DNA of 64,000 bases. Origin: a virus (lineage: Duplodnaviria; Caudoviricetes). Position numbers and translations under genes: made by a program. The stretch is taken from positions 25,816-89,815 of IMG/VR virus record IMGVR_UViG_3300048606_000075, one strand, 5' to 3'. The notes under the pieces are model-generated. The model made no database searches. It was not told the DNA's origin and was given only the letters and a program-made list of their open reading frames with translations. Shown here one piece after another: positions 19,083-29,000 of this stretch; positions within the stretch are counted from its first letter, which is position 1, and every line of letters begins with the position of its first letter.

Positions 19083-19274
19083 TCACCCTCCGTCGCGTGG
19101 CATCAGCACGCCATCCAGCCGGGTCGCCCAATCCAGCTCCACCGGCACATCGGTAGGCATATGAAACTGGATATACTGATCGAAGTCACCGGAATCCTGC
19201 CACACCTGCACACCATCGTGCAGCACGGCGCAGCCATCGGTCTCATCGTCCCAGGTCACAAAGGTAATCTTCAT
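19083..19274 (-). CDS. hypothetical protein
   Basis: 63 aa; coupled by overlap. Confidence 0.6.
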   Translation of the reverse strand: MKITFVTWDDETDGCAVLHDGVQVWQDSGDFDQYIQFHMPTDVPVELDWATRLDGVLMPRDGG

Positions 19275-19597
19275 GCCCGTGTCCTATGCGATCGGAAAAT
19301 CCTGCGCCCACCTGAACCAAGACCTGGCCACTCCTGCGCAGCCTTAGCTGCTTTACGGTGCGGCGTGTTACGTACAGAGTCCGGAGCCAACCAAAAACAG
19401 GCGCCGCCATATTTCCGTATATCACATTTAATATGAAGACTGCGACCAGTGAGTGCCCAGTACAAGGCACGCTCAAAGGTCGAAAAAGCTAGCCCTATTT
19501 CAGTATCTGAATGATAAACTAACCAAGGACGATCGTCAGCCGCAGGAGTATCAAAGCCAGGATCGCCATGACGAATCTTCCGTATGATGCATCTCAT
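19271..19597 (-). CDS. hypothetical protein
   Basis: 108 aa; motif-preceded start. Confidence 0.6.
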   Translation of the reverse strand: MRCIIRKIRHGDPGFDTPAADDRPWLVYHSDTEIGLAFSTFERALYWALTGRSLHIKCDIRKYGGACFWLAPDSVRNTPHRKAAKAAQEWPGLGSGGRRIFRSHRTRA

Positions 19598-19606
19598 GTC
19601 ATTGTC

Positions 19607-19834
19607 CTACCCAAACAGCTTCTTGAACAGCACCTCGGTGTGGTTCTTCGCCGCTGCCAGCGTCTCCCGGCGGGCCTGGGCGCCACCACCCCATCCATCG
19701 GTGACCACCGCCAGGAACGGGTACGGACCACCATCAGGATCCTGGCGCACCGACAAGGTGGCCGGGAACATTCCACCGTGGTCACGCTCCTCTGACCACA
19801 CCGGCTCGATGCGCCGTAGATTCTCGTTGTTCAT
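19607..19834 (-). CDS. hypothetical protein
   Basis: 75 aa; motif-preceded start. Confidence 0.65.
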   Translation of the reverse strand: MNNENLRRIEPVWSEERDHGGMFPATLSVRQDPDGGPYPFLAVVTDGWGGGAQARRETLAAAKNHTEVLFKKLFG

Positions 19835-19843
19835 GTCAATGTC

Positions 19844-20269
19844 CTACCGTTGATACCCAGCCCAGTCACGAACCTGGTCCGGATCGAGCGCCATCAGCAG
19901 AGAAAGCTCTTCCGGCTCTGCAGAGATGAAGTCCAACGCGCACGCCTGGCACAGCTTCGTTGCGTAAGCCCTGCTCAGAAAATCAGCGGGCCGTCCACAC
20001 TCAAAACACTCACCGTGATGGTACGAACCTATTTTCTCCGCAGAGTTAGGCACAGATCGAAACATTGCATAGAGAATATTGTTTCGGATGACAACGTTAA
20101 ACGCGCCAAGCGGAGCCCAACGGCCCCGGGCTTCCCAGATCTCCCGGGCGGTCTCCAGCACCTCACGCGCGGGGATGTGCGGGAATTCCGGGTACGGAGG
20201 TGGGTCATCGTTGAGCTGTGCCCACACATTGGGCTTCTTACGAAGCTGGTCAGCAAGATGATTACGCAT
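19844..20269 (-). CDS. hypothetical protein with C4 zinc finger
   Basis: CFECGRP...LCQAC; motif-preceded start. Confidence 0.65.
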   Translation of the reverse strand: MRNHLADQLRKKPNVWAQLNDDPPPYPEFPHIPAREVLETAREIWEARGRWAPLGAFNVVIRNNILYAMFRSVPNSAEKIGSYHHGECFECGRPADFLSRAYATKLCQACALDFISAEPEELSLLMALDPDQVRDWAGYQR

Positions 20270-20278
20270 GTTCCGATC

Positions 20279-20512
20279 CTACCCGGGGCCGTAGAGACCA
20301 TCACGGAAGTCGAGGTGCCGCTCCTTCCACGCCTTCTTCAGCAGCTCCCAGGACACCGCCGAACGATCCCGGAACGGCGCCGACTCCCACGCCTCCATGA
20401 TCTCTGGATAGAGCCGGTGATATTCCGTCCAGTCTTCACACTGCGCGGCCCGATCAGCCTGATCGTTGAGGTCCGACCACTCCTGCAACCCAGGCGGAAC
20501 TACATATCCCAT
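20279..20512 (-). CDS. hypothetical protein
   Basis: 77 aa; motif-preceded start. Confidence 0.65.
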   Translation of the reverse strand: MGYVVPPGLQEWSDLNDQADRAAQCEDWTEYHRLYPEIMEAWESAPFRDRSAVSWELLKKAWKERHLDFRDGLYGPG

Positions 20513-20529
20513 AAGGACGTACTACCGCC

Positions 20530-20742
20530 TCACGCGGCTCGTTCGTCTCTACGCTCACGCACGTCTCCTACCCGGGAGACCGCCTGCCAGACGTTCGAGC
20601 GGTCCCGGAAGATGATGAAATCCCCCAGCTGCAGGCAGCGATCGGTCACCCGCTCCGCGTCGGCGGGAACCAGCTGCCACCAGTCTCGGCCAGCCTTGTT
20701 GAATACGCGCACGTAGTAAGCGGCGCGATGGATGTCTGCCAT
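20530..20742 (-). CDS. hypothetical protein
   Basis: 70 aa; motif-preceded start. Confidence 0.6.
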   Translation of the reverse strand: MADIHRAAYYVRVFNKAGRDWWQLVPADAERVTDRCLQLGDFIIFRDRSNVWQAVSRVGDVRERRDERAA

Positions 20743-20743
20743 G

Positions 20744-21361
20744 TTAAGGTTCTACCCCTACGTCAGTCTCTGGCTTGTGCGTCTCACACACCACCAGCGG
20801 ACACCCTGAAGAAAACCAATGCTTCCCCTCAGGATGTCCATGGTAAGAAACGCAATGTGCAGTATGGCCATCAAATGGAACAGCATAACAACGTGGACCA
20901 GGTTTATTCTGTGCATAGAACTCAGACTGCCAAACTGCAACTCTCTCTCTAGCTGCTATCATCTTCGGGCAACCATAACGATGCTTAAATCTTATAGCGT
21001 TGCCACAGCAATCAAATTTTGGCTCAGAATAGGCAACAACATCACGTGCTGGCAAAATGAGTTCTTCTTTATCAGAAATTAGAAAAAGAAGAGAAACCAA
21101 TTCGCCATCGTAATCTGAACCAATACTAGTTACTTCACAAGTTCTACTACTAGTATTACCCTGAGCACGATCAACCCAACTAAGCGGGACAACAACCCGA
21201 TCACCGACACGAAGCTGCCCGGGTCCGGGCCAAGTATAAGCATACCTACCTACACAAACAATTTGATGTCCTTTATCAGTAACTAAACGGAACTTAGGGT
21301 TCTTCTGCTGCAAAGCGGCTTCAAGAGCAGCCACGCGAGCTTCAAGGTCTGAAACATTCAT
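20744..21361 (-). CDS. hypothetical protein
   Basis: 205 aa; SH3-like LRVGDRVVVP segment and Cys/His-rich C-terminus. Confidence 0.65.
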   Translation of the reverse strand: MNVSDLEARVAALEAALQQKNPKFRLVTDKGHQIVCVGRYAYTWPGPGQLRVGDRVVVPLSWVDRAQGNTSSRTCEVTSIGSDYDGELVSLLFLISDKEELILPARDVVAYSEPKFDCCGNAIRFKHRYGCPKMIAARERVAVWQSEFYAQNKPGPRCYAVPFDGHTAHCVSYHGHPEGKHWFSSGCPLVVCETHKPETDVGVEP

Positions 21362-21367
21362 GTCATG

Positions 21368-22339
21368 TCATACCCTACGAGCTTCGCGCTTGCAGTCCTT
21401 GCACGCCGTCTGGTAGCCGGACGCCACAGTCTTGTCGGTGTAGTACTCGGACACCGGCTTGTTTTCCTCACAGGTCAGGCACACCCGATGCCCGTCCACC
21501 ACCGGGTGGATGTGGTCCTTAGGTACGCGAGGCACGTAGTCCGGACCACGCTGCTTGGCCCGAATCGCAGCAACCTTGTCACGTTCCCTCTGCTGAGCGC
21601 ACGGAACACACCATCCAGTCCGACGCCGCTTCTCACCCTTGCCAGACCTGTGTGCTTCCGCCATGGGAAGCACTTCACGGCAGATCGTGCAGGTGAACTC
21701 CGGGTCATCGTCAGTGAGCCCGCGATTGGGCTGCGCAGCAGTGGGAGATGAAAACGCTCCGGGACGCGAGACGCCAGGGAGCCCGGAGCCAACACGGCGG
21801 ACGATCTCTTCCTGCTCGGGCCACACGAACGTGGTCTCCAGGTACTCCCGGAAGGGCTCCACGGATCCGACACGCTCGATGACACCTATAGCGTGGTTAC
21901 AGAGACCACAGAGGAGACGACGAATACAACCTGTCTTGCCACACGAGCGTGGGCCGGGGCAACACGCGTGGTTGTGGTCAACTGACAAGGCAGCGACCTT
22001 GTCACCGAACTTCACGGTAGTCTCAGGCTGCTTGCAAATAGCGCAGACGCCGCCTTGTTCCTCAAGAACAGATTGATACTGCTTGTATGTGATATTGAAT
22101 TTATGCTTAAGAAATCGGTCAAGCTTAATTTCAATAGGCAAAGCCTGATGACGAGCTGACTCACGATCGTTAAAACACTTCTTGCATGCAGAGTGATAAC
22201 CACTCTTACGGCCAGTGTTCTTGTAAAACTCTTCTACTGGCTTGACCTCAAGGCAAACGTTGCACTCAAGCTTGCCGTCCACAACCTGGACGACAGAACG
22301 AACAGAACGTACTAGTTCCACTGAACTCTCCTCAGACAC
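21368..22339 (-). CDS. endonuclease VII-family (homing) endonuclease with three extra Zn-finger repeats
   Basis: YQSVLEEQGGVCAICKQ...LSVDHNH...IRRLLCGLCNHAIG; three CxxC...CKxC-type modules. Confidence 0.88.
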   Translation of the reverse strand: MSEESSVELVRSVRSVVQVVDGKLECNVCLEVKPVEEFYKNTGRKSGYHSACKKCFNDRESARHQALPIEIKLDRFLKHKFNITYKQYQSVLEEQGGVCAICKQPETTVKFGDKVAALSVDHNHACCPGPRSCGKTGCIRRLLCGLCNHAIGVIERVGSVEPFREYLETTFVWPEQEEIVRRVGSGLPGVSRPGAFSSPTAAQPNRGLTDDDPEFTCTICREVLPMAEAHRSGKGEKRRRTGWCVPCAQQRERDKVAAIRAKQRGPDYVPRVPKDHIHPVVDGHRVCLTCEENKPVSEYYTDKTVASGYQTACKDCKREARRV

Positions 22340-22343
22340 GAAA

Positions 22344-22382
22344 CCGGGGTAGCACCCCTTGACTGCAGAGGTACTACCCCGG
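22344..22382 (-). promoter_or_regulatory. 13-bp hairpin between capsid gene and EndoVII start (terminator and/or translational block)
   Basis: CCGGGGTAGTACC...GGTGCTACCCCGG (one G:U), then TTTC and the GTG start. Confidence 0.7.
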
Positions 22383-22419
22383 AATGCGCCAGAAGAGTTT
22401 CTGGCTAGGTACCTACGGA

Positions 22420-23409
22420 CTAGGTCACGTCACTGATCACAAATTGTTCCGGTCGGTACACTACCGGAAGGAACGATTGCTCCAAGAGGTACTGCCGAGA
22501 CGAGGGGTCTTTTTCTTTCCAAGTCTTCGCAAATCTCCCTGTGAAATCAGTAGGAGCTTCGTCGTCAGCGGACGGGCCGAGCATGAACTCCATCGGCCGG
22601 TTGTCCGACAGGTTGGCAAAGATGATCTTGCCATCCGCCAAGAACAGCGTCTCGTTGCCGCCCGCGTCCTCGTAGACGGACTCCGTGGAGGTCCAGTTCA
22701 GACCCATGAAGCCCGGCATGGTGCCCGAGGAGTAGTACTCGTCACGCATGCGGTCCGACATCAGGCCAGCGGCGTTACCGTCGCGGGCGAAGGCGTCGAA
22801 GACCAACGAGAGGGTCTTCTCCGTGCAGAACGCCTCCTTGGTGGGCACCTGTCCGTCGCGGGCGATCAGGCGCTTCCACGTCCGGATGTCGGCCACGATC
22901 TGGGAGGCCGAAGCCGATGCCCACGGCACGGCGGCCGTTGGCTTGTGGCTGGACGAGAACTTGTAGTCGATCGACGCCTGGACGTCGTCGTAGTCGAACA
23001 CGAGCGAGCCCTGCATGGCCTGCCACGCGCAGAACTCCATGAAGTTGTCGAACCGGATGTTGAGGTCATTGACCTCCCGGAGTACGGCGGCCTCGGCGTT
23101 GCGCGCGGCGAGCTGACCCGGGGTACGCAGCCAGTGGATCGTGGTCGGCTCGAATACCTTCTTCTCCCGAAGGTAGACGAACGCGGCACTTTCCTGGCTC
23201 CGACCGAGCCGGGGCACGATGTGCGCCTCGGAGTTCGGCACGTTCGGCTTGGCGACCGCTCGTGATCCCTTGATCACGTCCCACTTCGCCACCGGGTATG
23301 GCCATGGCTGGGTGGAAAGCCGGTTCTTGAGGATGAGATTCTCAGGAGCCTTGAGCTTCTCCACGACCCCCATAAGGACCGTTGGCTCCAACAGACTGAT
23401 GTCCGGCAC
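22420..23409 (-). CDS. major capsid protein (lambda gpE-like)
   Basis: 329 aa after the decoration gene; DYKF...H, WA....IVADIRTWK and FAKTW..KDPS...LEQSFLPV patterns. Confidence 0.88.
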   Translation of the reverse strand: MPDISLLEPTVLMGVVEKLKAPENLILKNRLSTQPWPYPVAKWDVIKGSRAVAKPNVPNSEAHIVPRLGRSQESAAFVYLREKKVFEPTTIHWLRTPGQLAARNAEAAVLREVNDLNIRFDNFMEFCAWQAMQGSLVFDYDDVQASIDYKFSSSHKPTAAVPWASASASQIVADIRTWKRLIARDGQVPTKEAFCTEKTLSLVFDAFARDGNAAGLMSDRMRDEYYSSGTMPGFMGLNWTSTESVYEDAGGNETLFLADGKIIFANLSDNRPMEFMLGPSADDEAPTDFTGRFAKTWKEKDPSSRQYLLEQSFLPVVYRPEQFVISDVT

Positions 23410-23421
23410 TCTGTCACCTTT

Positions 23422-23510
23422 CCCGCTGACGCAGTCACCGGATACCAGGACTGCTTATCCCAAATCTTTTGTCAGCGGGTCCGTCCCATATGCCGAATTG
23501 GGACGGACCC
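23422..23510 (-). promoter_or_regulatory. structured 5' leader of the capsid gene
   Basis: 12-bp perfect stem (23477-23510) plus nested 9-bp and 6-bp stems (23422-23479) ending at the SD GAAAGGTGA. Confidence 0.6.
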
Positions 23511-23568
23511 CGGCCTGCGCCACACTTACGTGTCAACCGGCTGGCCTGAGTATTAAGTTGTATGACTA

Positions 23569-23973
23569 CTAGAACGTGAAGGTATCGAAGCTGTCGTCCA
23601 CCCGTGCGTTGAGATCCGCGATGGCGGCGGAGTCCGCACCCACGATGAGCTGATTCTTCAGGATGCCGGAGATCACGATGTTGCCCTGGAACTCCGGGCC
23701 AGCCGCGTCGGCTCCGGTGTCCACGCCACGGCGCAGCACGCCACGGGCCACACCAGCGCCATCGGAGCCACCGTTGTCGTAGGCGACCCACTTCTTGGTG
23801 GTCGACAGCTGAGCGAGCACGGTGCCCAGCTTGAGGATGCCCTGACCCGCCTTGAGCGTGACGCCCTTCTGGGTAAACCGGGCAGTGCTGTAGAGCAACT
23901 CCGGGTCATCAAGGACGTTGCCCTTGTAGAACCCGGGAGACGGGATCAGATTGCCAACGTACTCATTAGCCAT
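23569..23973 (-). CDS. head decoration protein (gpD-like)
   Basis: VTLKAGQGILKLGTVLAQ...WVAYD...GSDGAGVARGVL. Confidence 0.85.
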   Translation of the reverse strand: MANEYVGNLIPSPGFYKGNVLDDPELLYSTARFTQKGVTLKAGQGILKLGTVLAQLSTTKKWVAYDNGGSDGAGVARGVLRRGVDTGADAAGPEFQGNIVISGILKNQLIVGADSAAIADLNARVDDSFDTFTF

Positions 23974-24021
23974 GACCTATAAGCTCCTTGAGAAATAGTC
24001 GCTGCCGCGATCTGTAGTGGA

Positions 24022-25221
24022 CTACTTGACGTACTGCGCGGCAGGACCATCGGTGCCGAGCAGGCGAGCAAGCTCCGCCTCGACATCCGTCTCCTGCTTT
24101 TGCTGCTGCTCGGCGGTGGGGGCGGTGCCCTTCTCCACGGAGAGCTTCACGACCGGCTCATCGGGGATGAGCGCGTCGAACGCCTCCCGGTTGGACAGCG
24201 CCAGCCCGAGGTAGACGTCCTTCTTGGCCGGGACGATGTAGCCGGTCTGGATCAGACCGTCCACCTCGGTCTCGATGTTGCGCTTCTCCAGCGCGGCGAT
24301 CCGCTCGATAGCCTGCTCGCCGGCGTTGGTCAGGCGAACATTCTGCTGAGCCAGCTCACCCACCGCAGCCACGATGGTGTCGGTGTCTACCGAACCATCG
24401 GAGTTGGTCAGCTTGGTCTCGGCCTCGGTACCGACCAGCGCGGCCCGAACCTTCTCGGCCAGCTCGTCGACATCGGGCTTGGCGGCCAGCTCGTCCTGCG
24501 CAGCAGTGAGCTTGGCTTCCGTGTCGGTGACCGAAGTCTGGGCCGTCGACAGCTGCTCCTGTAGAACAGCGACGTCGATCTTGTGATCGGCCTTCAATTC
24601 GGCCAGAATCTCTTCTAGCGTGCGGGGCACCGCAGCCTCCTCCTGATCGCTTGCTGCGCTCAACTGCAGGAGCGCGGGCTCCTCTGTGTATTCGGCCGAC
24701 GCTGCCACGATCTCCTCATAGGGATCGAGGCCAGTCACATATGGACGATTCGTGACCGCAACGTGCAAAAGCGTCGGTCCTGACTTTTTGCCAGTCTTTG
24801 TATTCGTATAGTTCAAATGCATAAAAGCGGAAGCACCAAGATAGGTCTTACCGAACTTGTCCGCATCCTGGCGAGCATCAACCTGGGCGTAGATCTTGCC
24901 TGCCTTGTCGTCCACCCGGAGGCCGAGCACCTCGCCGAGGTTGGCGGCGGGGCTCTCTACGTGGTCATTCTGGTCATTAGCCAACGGGACCTGAACGATG
25001 TCACAGACGCTGGCGTCGAAGTTCGCCTTGAGAACCTTAGCGAACTCGCTATCAATCTTGATCTTCGTTCCCGTTACCGGGTGAAGCAATTCTCCATACG
25101 AAAGGATGTGCTTCTCAAAGATGCGTCCCTGCTTGGTGCGAGCGAGCTGAACCTCGCCCTCCAGCTCCGTCCAGTCCGCAGACGGACTCGGCGCGATAAC
25201 CGTGCTCAGCAACTCGCCCAT
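24022..25221 (-). CDS. Mu gpI-like capsid maturation protease/scaffold
   Basis: PTLLHVAVTNRPYVTGLDP motif; coiled-coil C-terminal scaffold. Confidence 0.85.
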   Translation of the reverse strand: MGELLSTVIAPSPSADWTELEGEVQLARTKQGRIFEKHILSYGELLHPVTGTKIKIDSEFAKVLKANFDASVCDIVQVPLANDQNDHVESPAANLGEVLGLRVDDKAGKIYAQVDARQDADKFGKTYLGASAFMHLNYTNTKTGKKSGPTLLHVAVTNRPYVTGLDPYEEIVAASAEYTEEPALLQLSAASDQEEAAVPRTLEEILAELKADHKIDVAVLQEQLSTAQTSVTDTEAKLTAAQDELAAKPDVDELAEKVRAALVGTEAETKLTNSDGSVDTDTIVAAVGELAQQNVRLTNAGEQAIERIAALEKRNIETEVDGLIQTGYIVPAKKDVYLGLALSNREAFDALIPDEPVVKLSVEKGTAPTAEQQQKQETDVEAELARLLGTDGPAAQYVK

Positions 25222-25260
25222 GCACCGGGTATTCGGCCAGAGAGTGTCTGATCAATGCAC

Positions 25261-25296
25261 AAAAGAGCCGCCCCCACCACATGAGTGAGGACGGCT
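25261..25296 (-). terminator. intrinsic terminator after the MuF three-gene unit
   Basis: 12-bp stem AGCCGTCCTCAC/GTGGGGGCGGCT followed by CTTTT. Confidence 0.7.
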
Positions 25297-25307
25297 TTGG
25301 TGTCAGA

Positions 25308-25607
25308 CTACGATTGCTCTCGGTTCGACACGGCTTCCATGGCCACCGCGCGGGCGAGCACGTGTCGGGGCTCTTCCCCATCTCGACGGTCGATCGCCTG
25401 CCAGGCCGCCACGGTGGGTGTCTTGCTCGCCAGGTGCTGGCACCACTCATCCCACGTCGGTGCGGGGCCGCGTGCATCCATGATGGACTGAGCGATTGTC
25501 TTGGATTCAGGTGAGGTGGTGCGCAGATATGCACTGCGGTCCGGGGAGAGCCAGACGCCCTGCACCTGAAGGGTGTCCGGATCGATGTGCACCAGCGCTA
25601 GAACCAC
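25308..25607 (-). CDS. hypothetical protein coupled to the MuF unit (candidate immunity/partner)
   Basis: 99 aa; TAGTG overlap. Confidence 0.65.
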   Translation of the reverse strand: MVLALVHIDPDTLQVQGVWLSPDRSAYLRTTSPESKTIAQSIMDARGPAPTWDEWCQHLASKTPTVAAWQAIDRRDGEEPRHVLARAVAMEAVSNREQS

Positions 25608-26008
25608 TAGACGCCCCCATCGTCAACAACGGAAGCGTCGGCCAGCTGCATTAGATAATCCCGCTGAGAGTCCCGCAGCGGCGCCATCAACGCCACCTGC
25701 TCAGGAGTCAACCAGGACGACAACTCGTATGGCCCATCTACTGTGTCAATCTTGCAAGCATAGTGGCCGTCTCGATCAATCTCAGTCCACGAAGTGGGGC
25801 GGAGCTGCACGTCCCGGCCATCGTTGACGCCCAGACTCACCAGGTGCGGCCAGCCGTCTTCCATCGACATCACCACCAGAACCGGCGCGGACGACTGTCC
25901 CTCCGCCGCCAACGTCCCATCCGCGAGCAACGGAGCGACCTGCACGCCTTCCGGGAAATGCTCGTCTAACAACTGCTGCCATTCAACAGCAGTGGTAGGT
26001 AATGTCAC
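25607..26008 (-). CDS. hypothetical protein coupled to the MuF unit (candidate immunity/partner)
   Basis: 133 aa, acidic; GTGA overlap with the MuF stop. Confidence 0.7.
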   Translation of the reverse strand: MTLPTTAVEWQQLLDEHFPEGVQVAPLLADGTLAAEGQSSAPVLVVMSMEDGWPHLVSLGVNDGRDVQLRPTSWTEIDRDGHYACKIDTVDGPYELSSWLTPEQVALMAPLRDSQRDYLMQLADASVVDDGGV

Positions 26009-29000
26009 AGTTCATCCTCTGGATTCCAAGTCAATTGGTGTTCCTTAATCTTATGCAAAGCCGAAGCTCTATTAGCAGGCAATACTAGCCTATCTTCAAT
26101 CGGAAGTCCACGGATCTCCGTTACACCATGGCTGTGAAGATAAGCGATAGCTTCTTGTCTATCGGCTTGGTTAGCAAACGTAATCATTTCGATGTCATCA
26201 AGCAACGACACAGTGTTCTTAATCAATGTCTCGTTAGAACTGCCAGTGTGTGATAACTGCTTCTTCATGTTGAAGTGAGCCGAAGACTTCTTATTGTCAA
26301 TCTCTCCGAAATTGTCTCCACCATAACTATAATTAGAAGTACGCGCCAACACCTCGGTAGACAACAAGATCTGTGCGTGTGGAGACACCCCGTTGAGCCG
26401 GGTGAACACGAAGTTCGAACTACCGTGGGACTGATCCGCTTCCGAGGACGCGCCGCCGATGAACCGGCCGAGCAGCTGCATCCGGTTCTCCGTCGAGAGC
26501 AGCCCGCCTGCCTTGACCAGCAACGGCGCGATCGACGGATTACTCAGCGAGTGTGTCGGCATAGATTGCTGGCGCAGCCAGTCATCATCGATGTCGAAGC
26601 GCCGCCAATACGGCTGGCCACCGAACAGCTGCGGGGCCGCCGGGTTCACTCGACCAAAGCGAGGCATGTAACGCTGCTCATGCAAGAACGTATTGAACTT
26701 AGTCTTGTCCAAACGAGACCAGGCTTCGTGCCACTTCGCCAACTCCTCTTGAGCTGACATCGCGGGAGTTCCCGCTGCGCCACCCGGGATTTCCTCGGCG
26801 ACGAACTTGTCGATCTCACCGTAGATGCCCTGCTTGCCATCCGAGCGCTGACCCATCGAGCCATACAGCGAGCGCCAATACTGCAACTGTAGATCGTCTT
26901 TGGTGGCATCTTGGAGATCTAAATTCATGCCGGCCAGCGCGGCGCGGGCTTCGTTCGCGGCGGTAGGAGTGCCGTCGTAATCCCGAACCTTGATGCTCAA
27001 CTGACCATGCTGAGCCTTAGCCACATTACTATGTGGATGCCAAGACTTGTAATTAATTACTGTTCCATCAGGAAGGGTAATCTCATACGCAGTACCAGTT
27101 TGACCTTGAGAACCAGTCTTACCATTCAAAGTCAACTTGCCATCAGGGCCGATATCAGAATTCTCCAAAACAGGCTTCTTCTTAACAACCTTGATAGGCT
27201 TGTTCTTATTCAGATCAATCGGATTATCAAGAACCTTCGCAGGTGGAACAGTCGGCTTGTACTCTGAAAAGTCTCCCATCTTAGACTGGCCATTAGTCGC
27301 TTTGAGATCATCAACTTTCTTCATCTGGCTCTCATAGAAATCAAGAGCATTAGCATACTCTAGCTGAGCTTCTGGCCAATCCTTGAAGGCATCAGGAACC
27401 TTGCCTCCATTCAAATCATTCTGCTTCTTCTCAAGTTTAAACTTTAAATCTTCAAATTTCTCCATATGCATAGTGTTGTAATTTTTATCCCCCATCTTGT
27501 TATGATGGGAAACAGTCTTACCGGCCAGTAAGATCGCAGAAGGGAAAACCGTCAACCCGGCATCGGTGAGAAACTTCTGCTCCGGGGAAGCCGTCGAGGT
27601 ATCGAACGTAGCGCCGGAAAGATCATTACTGACGTGGGCCTCCAACCAGGCCCGGAAGTTTCCGTCCGCCTGCTGCAGCAGCTGCCCGGAGATATGAAGC
27701 TCCTTGCCGGAGCCATCCTTCTTACCGATGACCTGGGAGAGCAGGTGCCCATCCTCCAGCACCGCGCCGGCAAAGAACGTGGCCGCGCCGTGGTTGCCCA
27801 TCTCCTCGGCGTGATCCAGGTACTCAGAGGTGAATCCGCTGTGCACCCACTTGGACATGTTGGAGCCGGGGGCTGGCTTCTCTCGGCCCAGCTTGGAGTA
27901 GATGTCATCCCAGAATTTCTGGAACTCACCCTCCAGGCCGTTCTTGCGGGCCAGCGCCTGCTTGATCAGGTCATCCTTGTTCTTGGCCGATGTCATGCCA
28001 AAGTTGGTGCGGTTTTTCAGGCCGACATCCATGGCGTCCGACCAGGACTTATCCGGAACAGCAGCCGTCTTGCGAGCCTGGTTCATCGACGCTCGGTACA
28101 ACTCATCGACGCTGGCGTCGGGCAGCTTCTTCGCCAGGACCGCGTCGTAAACCTTCTGGTAGTAGGGCTGCTCCCAGTTCGACAGCTGACCTTGCTTCAG
28201 AGTCACCGCGCCGGGCTGTCCGAACCGCACGAACGCACGCGCGATGTCAATCGGAATGACGTGCTTACCATCTGGCGAGAGCAGGAAGTTGTCATCGTGC
28301 GCATCATCATTCGATGTCACGTAGTCCTGCACGTGTGCCTGCATGAGGTTTTTCAGTGCGGACACCGGCAGAGACGTGGGCGAGACACCCTTCAACGTCG
28401 ACTGGCTCGGGACCTTGGCCTGGAACTGACCGAACTGCCCCTCGAACTTGCCCAGCTGCGAGGTCGCCACCTGGATGCCAGCCAGCTGCGCGAGCTGGTG
28501 CGCGGCGTGCTCGATCTCCGCCCGGAACGGCTCGGGGGCGACCTTGAACAGGAACGGGTTACCATTCTCGTCTGAGACGTGGTAAATAGTTGAGTGGCCA
28601 GCAAGAGGAGGCTGCTTAGCGTCCTTGGTGAAAGTCTTGTTAGCACCTTCAGAGAGAACGCTATACATCAACTCCTTGGTTGAATTTTCATCCCAGTGGC
28701 TAGAAGACTTGATGGAAGTCAGCAAGTCCCCAAGCTGCTTCTTAGCCACCGCTGGCTCTTTGAATGTGTTGTCATTAGAAGTAGCGGCGGACACCGCATG
28801 TAGAGAAATCAACTCTTGCTTAGTCTGCAAAGATTGCTTTTTCAGGAAGCTAGCAACCTTCGGAGTACCCATCTTGTCCAAATATGTATTGGCTTGAGAG
28901 TCATCCAGATTGACAGCCGCTTTCTTAGAAAGATCAATCGACGGGAAATCATGTGGCAACGGCACGACCTGACCAGGACCGTACGTCGGAACAGGAGCTG

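Noticed and set aside
22384-23265. Long plus-strand ORFs (also 27634..28575, 34753..35439, 19850..20716 and others)
   Set aside because: Antisense shadows of GC3-rich minus-strand genes; no motifs or RBS.
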